A stretch of DNA of 64,000 nucleotides from the human T2T-CHM13v2.0 reference genome, Homo sapiens: assembly GCF_009914755.1 (NCBI RefSeq), contig NC_060939.1; one strand, 5' to 3'. Positions 15,071-32,159 of this stretch are shown here, piece by piece (position 1 is the stretch's first letter; the number at the start of each line of letters is the position of its first letter). The translations under genes and the position numbers were made by a program. The notes below the pieces were generated by a model. That model worked only from the letters and a program-made list of their open reading frames with translations. It made no database searches and was not told where the DNA came from.

Positions 15071-16199
15071 GCATTCTTTTCCCTGCTGACTGACACTTGC
15101 AGGCATCGGTTGTCTTTGGGCATCACCTAGCGGCCACTGTTATTGAAAGTCGAGGTGACATGGAGAGAGGTCTGGCCGACTTCACCGAGCCTGGGGCAAC
15201 CGGTTTCTCTCTCTCCCTTCTGGAGACCCCTCCCTCTCTCCCTCGTTGCCTAGGGAACCTCCGCCCTGGCGGGGGCCCTATTGTTCTTTGATCAGCGCTT
15301 TAGTTTTCTTTCTGTTTTGGTTTCTTTCATGCGCATAGACTCTTCTACTTGGGTTTTAGGAGGGGTCAGTTTAAATTTCAAGTCCCGCCCCGGCTCCCCC
15401 CACTACCCACGTCCCTTTATCTTCATTTAGTGAGACAGTTAGGTGGGTTCCTCCCAAATCCCCCAACCCCGCCTGCCAACACCCTGCTTGGAAACCTTCC
15501 GGAGCCACCCCGGTGTGCCTCCGTCTTCTCTCCCCTTCCCCCACCGCTTGCCGGCTATCTCATTCTTGCCAGGCTGACATTTGCATCGGTGGGCGTCAGG
15601 CCTCACTCAGTGGCCACCATTTTTGAAGATGGGGGTGGCCCGGTCCTACTTCCCCAGAGGCAGCTTGGGCCGATGGCATAGCCCTTGACCCGCGTGGGCA
15701 AGCGGGCGGGCCTGCAGTTGTGGGGTTTTTGCCCCGCTTCCCTCCTCAGGCCTCCCTCCCTAGGAAAGCTTCACCCCGGCTGGGTCTCTATCACCTTTTA
15801 TCATGATGTTTTAGTTTCTCCGCCCTCAGTCCAGCATAGTTTCACAGTGGGAATGACGTCACAGCTCTAGTCTGGGCCTTCTTAGTATTAGCCCAAAATA
15901 GAAATGCTTTCTGAAAACTAATACTTTGCTCACTTAAGATTTCCAGGGACAGTGCCTTGGCCTGTGTTTGTTGGCTTGTTTTGTTTTGTTCGTGTTTTTC
16001 CTTTTTCTTATGTATTTCTTTTTAGATGAAGTAGAAATCCCCAGTTTTCAGGAAGACGTATATTTTCCCCAAGACATGTTAGCTGCGGTTTTCTCCTGTT
16101 GTTAACTAACGATTTTGTGAATCTCTGAACGTATAGTGAGAGCCGGTTGATGTTTACTAGACTTCAGAACATCTTATGTTCTAGAAACCCGTAAGCGAT

Positions 16200-16250
16200 T
16201 GCTGCTGCTGCTCTTGCTGCTGCTGCTGCTCTTGCTGCTGTTGTAGTTGT
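16200..16250 (+). repeat. Interrupted (CTG)n
   Basis: gctgctgctgctctt present twice. Confidence 0.85.
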
Positions 16251-16324
16251 TTTCAAAGCACACCCCGGCCACCGTTTATGGGATCAAAAGCGTTATAAAA
16301 TATGTGTAATTATTTCCTGAGCAT

Positions 16325-17460
16325 GCCCTTCCTCCTCCTCTCTCTGTCTCTCTCTCTCTCTTTATCTGTCTTCTATCTTTCTCTGTCTCTCTCTCTTTGC
16401 CTATTTCTCTCTCTCTCTCTGCCTGTCTCTCTCACTGTGTCTGTCTTCTCTCTTACTCCCTTTCTCTGTCTGTCTGTCTCTCTCTCTCTCCCTGTCTGTC
16501 TGTCTGTTTCTCTCTGTCTCTGTCTCTTTCTCTGTCTCTCTCTCTTTCTGTTTCTCTCTGTCCATCTCTGTCTTTCTCTGTCTCTCTGTCTGTCTCTTTC
16601 TTTCTCTGTCTCTCTGTCTCTGTGTGTCTCTCTCTCTGCCTGTCTCTCTCACTGTGTCTGTCTTCTGTCTTACTCTTTTTCTGCCGGTCTGTCTCTCTCT
16701 CTCTTTCTCTCTCTCTCTGTCTCTCTCTATTTGTTTCTCTCTGTCTCTCTCTGTCCATCTCTGTCTTTCTCTGTCTGTCTCTTTGTCTGTCTGTCTGTAT
16801 CTCTCTTTCTCTGTCTCGCTGTCTCTGTCTCTCTCTCTGCCTGTCTGTCTGTAGGTCTCTCTCTCTCTCCCTGTCTGTCTGTTTTTTTCTCTCTCTCTCT
16901 TTGCCTGTCTGTTTCTCTGTCTCTGTCTCTCTGTCTGTCTCTCTCCGCCTGTCTCTCTCTGTGTCTGTCTTCTGTCTTACTGTCTTTCTCTGCCTGTCTG
17001 TCTGTCTGTCTCTCTCTCTCCTTGCCTGTTTCTCTCTCTCTCTGTCTCTGTTTCTCTCTGTCTCCCTCTGTCTGTCTCTGTCTTTCTCTCTCTGTCTCTT
17101 TCTCTCTGTCTGTCTCTCTCTTTCTTTCTCTCTGTCTGTCCATCTGTCTCTGTCTCTGTGTGTGTGTGTGTTTCTGCCTTCTGTCTTACTCTCTTTCTCT
17201 GACTGTCTACCTGCCTGTCTGTCTGTCTCTCTCTGTATGTCTCTCTCTCTTTCTGTCTCTGTCTCTTTCTGTTTCTTTCTGTCTCTGTCCATCTCTGTCT
17301 TTCTCTGTCTGTGTCTTTATCTGTCTGTCTCTCTCTTTCTGTCTTTCTCTCTTTATGTATCTTTGTGTCTCTCTGTCTGTCTCTCTCTGTCTCTGTCTTT
17401 GTCTCTGTATCTCTCTCTCTCGCCCGCTCTCTGGCTCTCGCTATCTCCCGCCCTCTCTTT
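16325..17460 (+). repeat. CT/CTGT-rich IGS block
   Basis: Seen directly; same recurring motif as 12735-14515. Confidence 0.92.
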
Positions 17461-18739
17461 CTTTGCAAAATAAGTTCAAGTACATCTAATCTAATCCATT
17501 ACCACGACCTGAATTCTTAACATGAGACATCCCAGATTTGATCTCCCTACAGAATGCTGTACAGAACTGGCGAGTTGATTTCTGGACTTGGATACCTCAT
17601 AGATACTACATATTAATAAAGATCCAACCATAAAATCTGGGGTTGCGTCTCCCTCGACTGTCTCAAAAAATCATACCTCTGTTCACCTAGGATGCTGGGA
17701 GGGTTTTCTTAATGTGCATCTGCTCGTGTTCTACATGAACTGTGACCGAGCCCTGTCTGTTCTGTCTCAAATATGTATCTTCAAACACGTCTCTCCATTT
17801 CCACAACTACCCATGGCCCCTTGTGGAACCACTGGCTCTTTGAAAAAAAAATCCCAGAAGTGGCTTTGACTTTTTGGCTAGGAGGCGTAAACCTGCTGAG
17901 AACTTTCCTGCCCAGGATTCTGTGTGAACAAAAGTGCCTCTGCTGGGAGCTGGGATCCTCAGGACCATGCTTGCTATCGTTGGATGAGTCTCTGGAAGGA
18001 CACATGGGACTCCGCAAAGCTGACCTGTCCCACCGAGGTCAAATGGATACCTCTGCATTGGCCCGAGGCCTCCAATTTACATCGCCGTCACCAACCGTCA
18101 CCATCAGCATCCTTGTGAGCCTGCCCAAGGCCCCGACTCCGGGGAGACTCTTGGGAGCCTGGCCTTCGTAGGCTAAAGTAGAAAGGGATTGTGACTTCCA
18201 CCCACAAGGTCCCCACTGAACTGTGAAGATGTGGAGCGTAGGTCAGAGAGGGGACCAGGAGGTAAGATGTCCTGACAGGCGATGAGTTAACTAGGCTCTG
18301 GCCACCCCACTCACGTCCCACGTCCCGGGAACCCGCGGAACACTGCCGCTTTATCCCCTCCTCTGTCCACAGCCGTCCCCACCCCAGCCCGCAACCCACG
18401 CATACACACTGGAGGTTACAAAACCACAGGGCGTGAATAGAGCCTGATGGAGCAAGAGCTCATTTCATGAGGCGGGATGGGTGGGGTGGGGTGGGGGTTG
18501 GGGGTTCTGTAGAGAGCCCGATTCTCCCTCGTGGGTGGCTACAGGACACAAATGAATATCGCTTCTTGGGCGGAGGGGCTTCCTTAGGCCGTCACGTTTG
18601 CGGGACTATCTCTCAAACCCTTCCTTGAGGCCACAAAATAGATTCCACCCCACCCCTCGACGTTTCCCTGGGTGCTGGATGTATCCTGTCAAGAGACCTG
18701 AGCCTGACACATTGAGTGAAACACCTTTATTGGCTTTGT

Positions 18740-18905
<166 letters not shown>

Positions 18906-18982
18906 GACCCTGTTTCATTGGTTTTCACTGGAGATTCCAGATTCGAGTCACACCTCATTGTGTGCCACATAATGTCTTCTTT

Positions 18983-22759
<3,777 letters not shown>

Positions 22760-23267
22760 AATGACTTCTTTACCCTGCAGACTTGGAAAGCCTGTCCCCT
22801 TGTTATCCATTGCAAAGCGAGAGTCACCTCATGTTTGGAAAACGGATTTGCTCCCAAGTTCTGTGGAGGAATGTGGCATGTAGGACGAAGGACTCTCTTC
22901 CTTCTGATTCAGTCTACACAGTGGGGCCTAGGGCTGGAGCTCTCTCCATGCGGACCACAGACTCCCTCTACCTTGGGTTCCATCGACCCCACCCTGGGAC
23001 ACAGGCCTTGGCAGATTCTGGCCCTTCCTGGCCCTTAAGTCGCGTCAGAAACCCCATCTCATGCTCGGATGCCCCGAATGACTGCGGCTCACGCCTCTCT
23101 GGAAACATTGGAAATCACCTGAAACCACAGGAGCTCGGGACACACGGCCGCCATCCACCTCACTGCTTTCGGGAGAGAATGCTGAGAGTCTTTTACCAAC
23201 TCTCTCTTGACTTGAGTTCTTCATGGGTGTGTGGTTAACACGTAGTGAGACCAGATGTATTAACTCA

Positions 23268-24324
<1,057 letters not shown>

Positions 24325-24349
24325 TCTCCCCCTTCCCCCGCCATCTTAT

Positions 24350-26340
24350 CATTCAGGTGCCGGAGGCCGAGCGGTGGTGTGTGGTTCCCACCCCCAGCTC
24401 CCCCTCCTCCATTCACCACAGCGATGTCCGAGAGTGGGTCCTGAGGGAGCTCATTGGTGTGGGGGTCGAGGGGGTTGAGTGAGATGCGCCCCTCCCACAC
24501 AGGGAAGGGCGCCGCCTGGTCTGGCAAGTGCAGGTCCCGTGCTCCCCTCTGGCGTGTGCGCGTGGGCCGTGTGAGCGAGCGCGGTGGGCTCGGGCAGGTG
24601 ACGCATGCGCCGGCCGGCCACCGAGGGGCTACCGTTCTGCCTCCAACAGGTTGTGTGTGGGTTTACTTGGAGGCGCTTTGCCTGGGAGAAAGGAGGCGGG
24701 TGGACGGGGGGGCACTTGGGGGATTGCACCCACGTACAGTGGCCAGGCCCCCCGCCCAGACCGCGAAGGCTCAAAGTTGCCGCACGCAGATTTTTCCTGG
24801 TACCGCCGGCCCCCTCACTTCCCCAGGCGTCCCTGACTGCCTCTGCGGGCCCGATGAGGGGCGATTGGCGGGTGGGGAGTGTGACCCACCCTCGGTGAGA
24901 AAGCCTTCTTTAGCGATCCGACAGGTGTGCCTTTGGAGTACCGGATTCCCCTGCCTGCCGCCTCTCTCTGCGTTATGGTAGCGCTGCCGTAGTCACTCGC
25001 TTGCAGGGGACCCTCCTCCACTTCCCCCTCGACGGGGTGACATGGGGAGAGCGAGGGTTCCCCTGGCCTCAGCGGTGGGGATGGAGGGCAGCTCGTCGCC
25101 TACTGTGTGGCCCGCGCCTCCCCCTTCCTAGTCGGGGGAGGATCCCGCCAGGCCGAGCCTGCGTCCTAGCGTTTGGGAGGCTTCGCGAGCAGTGGCTGTG
25201 CCCAGCGTTCTGTCCGGCTCGTGACCCGCTCCCCTGAGGAGCAGCGACCGGTGCCGACGACCGCGTTTGCATGGCAGGGCATTGGGCCTCCTGGCCATGG
25301 GAAGTGTCCCAAGTGGGGGGCACGCTGGTCTCCCAGAGCTTGAACGGGTGGGAGGATGGACGAGAAATGCGCAACGTGGCCCTGGCATTGGGTTTGTGGC
25401 TGCAGTCGCTTCTGGGTCCCGATGGCAGGACCCGGGCTCGTGAGGCGGGTCTCGGTGGGTGCCAAGGGCCGTCCGGCGTCCTAGGCGGGGCGCCACGGGA
25501 CCTCCCTAGTGTCTGTGGCAGTGGGATCCCATGGCCGTGTTTTCCTGGTGGCCCGGACGTGCCTGAGGTTTCTGCCCGAGCCGCCCCTCTGCGGGCTCCC
25601 GGGTGCCCTTGCCCTCGGGGTCCCTGGCCTTGCCTGTCTGTGCCCCCCTCCCCACCCGCGGATCCTCTCTCCCCGAGCGGCTCGCTGGCTTAGGCTGTGG
25701 TGGCCCCGTCTAGGACCAAACCCTGCTCCGCCTTGTGTGGCACCACCGCCGGCCACTGGTTGGCCCGTTGTCCGTGTCCCTGGGCACGCGCCTTCGGGAC
25801 CAGGTCGGCGGTGCCCCGCATGGGCCTGGTGGGCGCCCGGAGGGTTTGGGGTCGGCCTGCAGCGCGTGCAGGGAAGAGGATTCCGGGCGCTGGCTGCGAT
25901 GGCGGCGGCGATGTGGGAGCCGCGGGCCCGCCGAAGGCCAGTCGGCCGCTCCAGGTGCCGCTCGGTGCCGCCTTGGTGCTTGGAGGCCGCTGGCGTTGAG
26001 ACCCCGGGCACCGCGGTCCACCTCTCGTTTGCTGCCCAAACGTCGGGGCTGCCCCACACCTGCCATGCGCGAGTGGCCGCCTGTCCCTCGCGGCTGCCGC
26101 TCACGGGTCGGGCGGTCTGCCTCCTCGCACGTGGGCGCGAAGGGTCGGGAGTGGTGAGCCCATCGTGGGGTGATGTGTACTGTGGGTGTATGGGATTTCT
26201 GGTTCGCCGCTCCACCACCCCCTCCCACCGCACTGAGCTGCTCCATCCCTCCCACACGCCTGGTCGCCCACCCTGCCACCCCATCCTCGTGACTGGGACT
26301 CCGGGCTCATCCTTGCGAGGCCCGGAGGCCGCTTTCTACT
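24350..26340 (+). other. 45S pre-rRNA 5'ETS remnant, 5' part and an internal segment missing
   Basis: Matches human 5'ETS (ggtcctgagggagctc, cggtgagaaagccttctttagcgatc, gaccggtgccgacgaccgcgtttgc). About 2.0 kb versus about 3.6 kb canonical. Confidence 0.9.
25458..25572 (+). ncRNA. miR-663-like hairpin paralog (5'ETS-derived; expression not supported)
   Basis: ggtgccaagggccgtccggcgtcctaggcggggcgccacgggacctccc...cctggtggcccggacgtgcctgaggtttc. Confidence 0.6.
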
Positions 26341-28209
26341 TATGTGGTTGATCCTACCAGTACCATATGCTTGTCTCAAAGATTAAGCCATACATGTCTA
26401 AGTACGCAGGGCTGGTACAGTGAAATTGCGAATGGCTCATTAAATCAGTTACGGTTCTTTTGGTCGCTTTCTCCTCTCCTACTTGCAAAACTGTGGTAAT
26501 TATAGAGCTAATACATGCCGAAGGGCACTGATCCCCTTCGCGGGGAAGATGCGTGCATTTATCAGATCAAAACCAACCCGGTCAGCCCCTCTTCAGCCCA
26601 GGCCGGGGGAGGGGTTCGGGTGCCACTGGCTTTGGTGACTCTAGATAGCCTCGGGCTAATCGCACGCCCCCCGTGGCAGGGACGACCCATTCGAACGTCT
26701 GCCCTATCAACTTTCAATGGTAGTTGCTGTGCCTACCATGGTGACCATGGGAGATGGGGAATCAGAGTTCGATTCTGGAGAGGGAGCCTGAGAAATGGCT
26801 ACCACATTCAAGGAAGGCAGCAGGCATGCAAATTACCTACTTCCGACCCGAAGAGGTAGTGACGAAAAATAACAATACAGGACTCTTTTGAGGTCCTGTA
26901 ATTGGAATGAGTCCACTTTAAATCCTTTAATGAGGATCCATTGGAGGGCAAATCTAGTGCCAGCAGCCACGGTAATTCCAGCTCCAATAGCGTATATTAA
27001 AGTTGCTGCAGTTAAAAAGCTCGTAGTTGGATCTTGGGAACGGGCGGGCGGTCCGCTACGAGGCGAGCCACCGCCCATCCCCACCCCTTGCCTCTTGGCG
27101 CCCCCTTGATGCTCTTAGCTGAGTGTCCTGCAGCCCGAAGCGTTTACTTTGAAAAAATTAGAGTGTTCAAAGCAGGTCCGAGCCACCTGGATACCTCAGC
27201 TAGGAATAATGGAATAGGACCGCGGTTCTATTTTGTTGGTTTTCGGAACTGAGGCCATGATTAAGAGGGACAGGTGGGGGCATTCGTATTGCGCTGCTAG
27301 AGGTGAAATTCTTGGACCGGCGCAGTTCGGACCAGAGTGAAAGCATTTGCCAAGAATGTTTTCATTAATCAAGAACGAAAGTCGGAGGTTCGAAGACGAT
27401 CAGATACAGTCGTAGTTCCGACCATAAACGATGCCAACTGGCGATGTGGCGGCGTTATTCCCATGACCCGCTGGGCAGCTTCCAAGAAACTAAAGTCTTT
27501 GGGTTTTTAGGTTCCGGGGGGAGTATGGTTGCAAAGCTGAAACTTAAAGGAATTGGTGGAAGGGACCAGCAGGAGTGGCGCCTATGGCTTAATTTGACTC
27601 AACATGGGAAAAATCACCCGGCCAGACATGGACAGGATTGACAGATTGATAGCTCTTTCTCTGTTCCATGGGTGGTGGTGCATGGCCTTAGTTGGTGGAG
27701 TGATTTGTCTGGTTAATTCCGATAACCAACGAGACTCTGGCATGCTAACTTATTACGCGACCTCTGAGCGGTCGGCGTCCCCCAACTTCTTAGAGGGACA
27801 AGTGGCGTTCAGCCACCGGAAATTGAGCAATAACAGGTCTGTGATGCCCTTAGATGTACGGGGCTGCACATGCGCTACACTGACTGGCTCAGCGTGTGCC
27901 TACCCTATGTGGCAGAGGCGGGTAACCTGTTGAACCCCATTCGTGATGGGGATGGGGGATTGCAATTATTCCCCATGAAGGAGGAATTTCCAGTAAGTGT
28001 GGGTCATAAGCTTACCTGAAGTCCCTGCCCTATGTACACACTGCCCGTCGCTACTACTGATAGGATGGTTTAGTGAGGCCCTCGGATGGGCCCCGCCAGG
28101 TCAGCCCACTACCCTGGCAGAGCGCTGAGAAGACAGGTGAACTTGACTATCTAGAGGAAGTAAAAGTCCTAACAAAGTTTCGGTAGGTGAACCTGCTGAG
28201 GGATCATTA
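26341..28209 (+). rRNA. 18S rRNA pseudogene, full length
   Basis: tatgtggttgatcctaccag ... ggtgaacctgctgagggatcatta. Substitutions in universally conserved motifs (cagcagccAcggtaa at 26961, gtacacacTgcccgtc at about 28034), small indels and CpG decay. Confidence 0.97.
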
Positions 28210-29267
28210 ACCGAGAAGAGCGAAGCCGCGGGGGTGAAGCCGCGGCAGTGCCGCCGCATCCTTCCTCCTTGGCAGACCATGTTCCTCGTGTGGCGTGTGT
28301 GTGGGCGGGGTCGTGCCCTTTGTTTGTTGCACGGCCCCGCCTGCCCTGAGAGCCGGAGAACTCGGGAGGGAGAAGGGGGAGAGAGAGACACGCGTGCAGG
28401 GACGAAACCATGTGTGCATATCATGGGGCGGGCTGGATGCCTTGCTGGCCTGGTGAGCAGCGGGGAGCGGCCCCCTGCCGTGGCCCCCACGTGTGTGTCG
28501 GCGGGTGAGGGAATGGTTCTCGGCGTCCTGGTGGGGTGGGGGTCTCGGTGTCCTCCCCGCCAGAGCTGTCGTCCCGCCCTGTCCCGCTGGCTCGGCCCCA
28601 TCCCGCCGGCTCCCATTGGGGCCGGCCGGGTTCCCATCGCTGCTGTGGCTGCCACCATCCTCGCCTCTGCCACACCATGCCACTGGGCCCGGCCTGGCCT
28701 GCTCACTCTCCCCAGCCTTCCCGCTAGGGCGTCTCGAGGGTAGGGGGCTGGACACCTGTCCCCACCTCCTCATTCGCCACCACCGTCCAGGTTCCTAGCG
28801 TGTTCTGGCGGGGAGGTTTATGGACCCCTTGGGGTGTCGCCCGTCTTCCCGTGGGTTGGGTGCGGTGGGTCTGCGGGGGAGTCTGTTCGGGAGGGGCCCG
28901 CCCCTCTCTCGCCTCCCCCACCGACTCTGTCCCCTCAGCCAGCCGGGGCCGCGCCGCACTTGCGTGTCACCGCTGACACCAGTGGGGGCTTTACCGGCGG
29001 CCGTCGTGCCATCGCACGTGTGCCGCGCATGTGGCCTGTGCCTTGCGCTGTGGGGGTGGGAATCCCTGGGTGCCCGTGGGGTGCTGTCAACGTTCGCCCC
29101 CTCATGGTCGGCACTGCCTCCCTGTGTTGTGAAACCTTCCGACCCCTCTCTGGAGTCTGGTCCCATTGCTGTCTGAATGGACAGCCTGAGGTAAACCCTC
29201 TGGGGCACCTGTTGTGCCAGTAGGGCCTCCGGGTGTTGGGAGCACCCTTGCCAAATCCACCTTGTAT
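28210..29267 (+). other. ITS1 remnant
   Basis: GC-rich spacer between 18S and 5.8S, containing gtgaaaccttccgacccctctc. Confidence 0.9.
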
Positions 29268-29422
29268 GACTTTTAGCGGTGGATCACTGGCCTTCTGCGT
29301 TGATGAAGAACACAGCTAGCTGTGAGAACTAATGTGAATTGCAGGATACATTGATCATCGACACTTCGAACGCACTTGCGGCCCGGATTCCTCCCAGGGC
29401 TATGCCTGTCTAAGCGTCGCTT
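29268..29422 (+). rRNA. RNA5-8SP: 5.8S rRNA pseudogene
   Basis: gacttttagcggtggatcact...gatgaagaacacagctagctg...gcctgtctaagcgtcgctt. Confidence 0.96.
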
Positions 29423-30275
29423 GTGGATCAATAGTCCCCGGGGGTGCCTCCGGGCTCCTTGAGGTTCACGGCTGGGAGTTCCCTTGCATGGCCTGCCGGG
29501 GCCCTCTGTCCCCCCAAGTGCAGACCAGTGACGTCCGCCCTCCTCTACCACCATGCCCGCCCCTTCTCCCTCCCCCCACAGGCCCTGTGTGGTCACGCAT
29601 TGAATGGCATGGGGAAGGGGGGCTCCCAGCTGTGAGGAAGAGAGAGAGGGCGGCGTTGCCACCCGCAAAAACAGGAGGGAAGAGAGCCGGCTGGGGCCGA
29701 GTTCCCGTGGCCACCACCGCAGTCCGGGTTCCTCCCTCGGGGGCTCCCTCGCGCCTCAGGCAGCTCATGGTGCAGGGTTCGTTGGCCCTGGTGGGGTGGA
29801 AGGTCCCGTGCCGTCGTCGTCGCGCGTCGTGGGTAGTGTGGGTTTGTTGTGGGGGGAGGAAGGCAAGTAGGAAGGGTCCGCCGGAGAGAGGGTGGGGGAG
29901 CATGTCCCGGTCACCGCGGTTCGCCGCCGCCCCTGGTGGTTGCCCAGCAACCAGCCCACCGCTACTGCAGCGCCCCTCCTCCCCAACACCCCTCCAAGGC
30001 ACAGTCCTCCTCGCCCGCCCGCCCCCCGCCTGCCCAGCACGCATCGCTGTTGTGTCCGGGGCCGGAAGCCCGCCACGCGGCCCGTCTGGCAGCACTCGTG
30101 GCCGCGGTCCTGGGGTTTGCGTGCCCTTGGCGGTGACTCGCTGGATGCTGTGGTGTCGTCCACCATCGTGAGCCCGCCTCCGGCTCTCAGCCGCCCAGTG
30201 CCTGGGGCCCGGTCTGTAGCTTCCACGTCGGGCCAGGGTGGCGCTGCTGCATCCTTGGACCAGTCCCCCACCTCC
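29423..30275 (+). other. ITS2 remnant, truncated before 28S
   Basis: GC-rich ITS2 similarity ends at ...gtcccccacctcc. No 28S 5' end (cgacctcagatcag) follows. Confidence 0.88.
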
Positions 30276-31059
30276 ATTTAGCACGTAGGCAATCCCATGT
30301 AACTTAGCAAAGCTAGCAAGTCCCTAAACTCGGTGCAGCCACTGTAGGGGTGGCCTCCCAGTAGCATCGTTAACACCAATTGTAATTGGTAGGCAATCAC
30401 TTAGTTTCACATTTCATTACCCGAGTTATACAAATGTGTAAAAAAAAATACAGTTTTAATAAAGGGAGTAAAGGATAGTATGAGTAATATTCACAATCTC
30501 TAGTTGGAAGAGGTAGTGTTTTCTCAGAAATGATGCATTCCTGGAGCAAGGTCATTTTATGTTTGGTTTGTTAAATATCTATTTCCATTTTGACAAACCA
30601 CTGGAAAAGCCCAGCTTCACAAGGACTCTCCATGAGAATGATCAAACAAAAGAACACCCATAACACAAAATCAAAACAAGGGTGGTCCAGGCGTCACATT
30701 AAAGACTCATTACCAAGTTTTCTTAGAAGAGATAAAGAACACAAAGTTACTTTTATGTGATGGAAAACAGAGAGAAAGAGTAAATGGAACAATAAATGTT
30801 GGGCAACAACAGTGAAAACCAAGCTGTGGAAAAAAATGAATGGAAATTTTTTGTTTGGTATTGATTTCCTATCCTGATATCAGAAAGTATGGGAAAGAAC
30901 AAAGCACATTTTTCTGAGACAAATAGAACATAAAACAAATGAATGTTAACACTATTTTACAGTGCTAACAAAACTATTTGTGACTTGTTTTTTTCCATTT
31001 AAAAATACGATTTTGTACAATTACATTTATATAAATTATTGAAATATAATTGTAAAGAT

Positions 31060-31435
31060 GGAGAACAGGCTATGGGGTTGCCAAGGGGAAGAGGTGGAGG
31101 AAAACGTGTCAGAGTGTCAGCAAAGATCGCAAGTTGGAGCCGGGTGGTGATGCTACAGTTCTGTATCTTGACTGTGGAAGTGGTAGTTACAGAGATCTAC
31201 ACCACATAAAAATGCACAGAACACACGCACACGCATACACACATACAAAAATGAATGCATACAAAACGGTTGCTATCTGAGTAAGCTTTCTGAATTGTAC
31301 CTATGTCAGTTTCCAGGTTTTGATAATGCTCTATAGCTATGTAAGATGTCACCACTGGAATTAGTGAAGAGTACTTAAGACATCCCTGTACCTTTTGCAA
31401 CTTCCTGTGAATCTATAATTATTTCAAAAGAAACT
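31060..31435 (+). mobile_element. Ancient L1M (L1MC/MD-like) 3' end
   Basis: ggttgccaagggg...gttctgtatcttgactgtgg...ttttgcaacttcctgtgaatctataattatttcaaaa. Confidence 0.75.
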
Positions 31436-31844
31436 TGAAAGTCATAGCAGACTTTCACTTCAAAGAGGAAAAAAACTGAAGATTAATGAAATTGTTGAAG
31501 AACATCAAATACTCAATAGTCTGTATGAGAGCTGTATTCTGTCCACTCACAGCACAGCTGTCATTTAGCCTTTTCCTGATGTGCCCTGGAGGACTTGAGC
31601 TCCTCTTGCATTGCCAAGGCCAATATTGTTTATTTGTTACTAACTTTGTACTGAACCCCCCAAAAATGAAAAGTGATTGAATAATCATTTATAATAGCAA
31701 CTAGTAATTTTACTTATAAAGAGACAATAGTGGTAACGAATTTAAATATTTATGGTAAAGAATAGATCTTTGTTAGACAGTACTGGCAAAATTTAGAAAG
31801 AAAAAATAAGGAATCAGAAACATAAGTAGTTCAGTATTGTGAAA

Positions 31845-32035
31845 AAATTCTGGATCTGAGAAGCAAAAGAACAGAGATTATATTGCGTTTCTACTCCAAA
31901 CCTGAAGAGTCACCTTAAGTGTGTTGTGTTTCTGTGCCAAAGCTGCTGAATCACCTTAGCAATGCATGCCCTTTCCCTGAACCTGTTTTCTTTTCTACAA
32001 ATTAAAGTGAGCTAGATCATCTCTGAGGTCTCCCA
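31845..32035. mobile_element. Probable MIR fragment(s)
   Basis: ccctttccctgaacctgttttcttttctacaaa...ctagatcatctctgaggtc resembles the MIR core and tail. Confidence 0.45.
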
Positions 32036-32159
32036 TATATTCACATTTTTGGCTCTACATGAACTTCAGTTGAATTCCTAATTTCAGTGTGGATAATACA
32101 TGTGTGCTGCACCACAAGCAGTGTGTCTAAATGCTCATGTTGGTCCTAAAAACTAATTA

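Noticed and set aside
18474-18505. G-quadruplex motif
   Set aside because: The motif is real but commonplace in IGS, with no evidence of function here.
26341-29422. Functional rRNA genes
   Set aside because: No promoter, no 28S, and invariant motifs are mutated.
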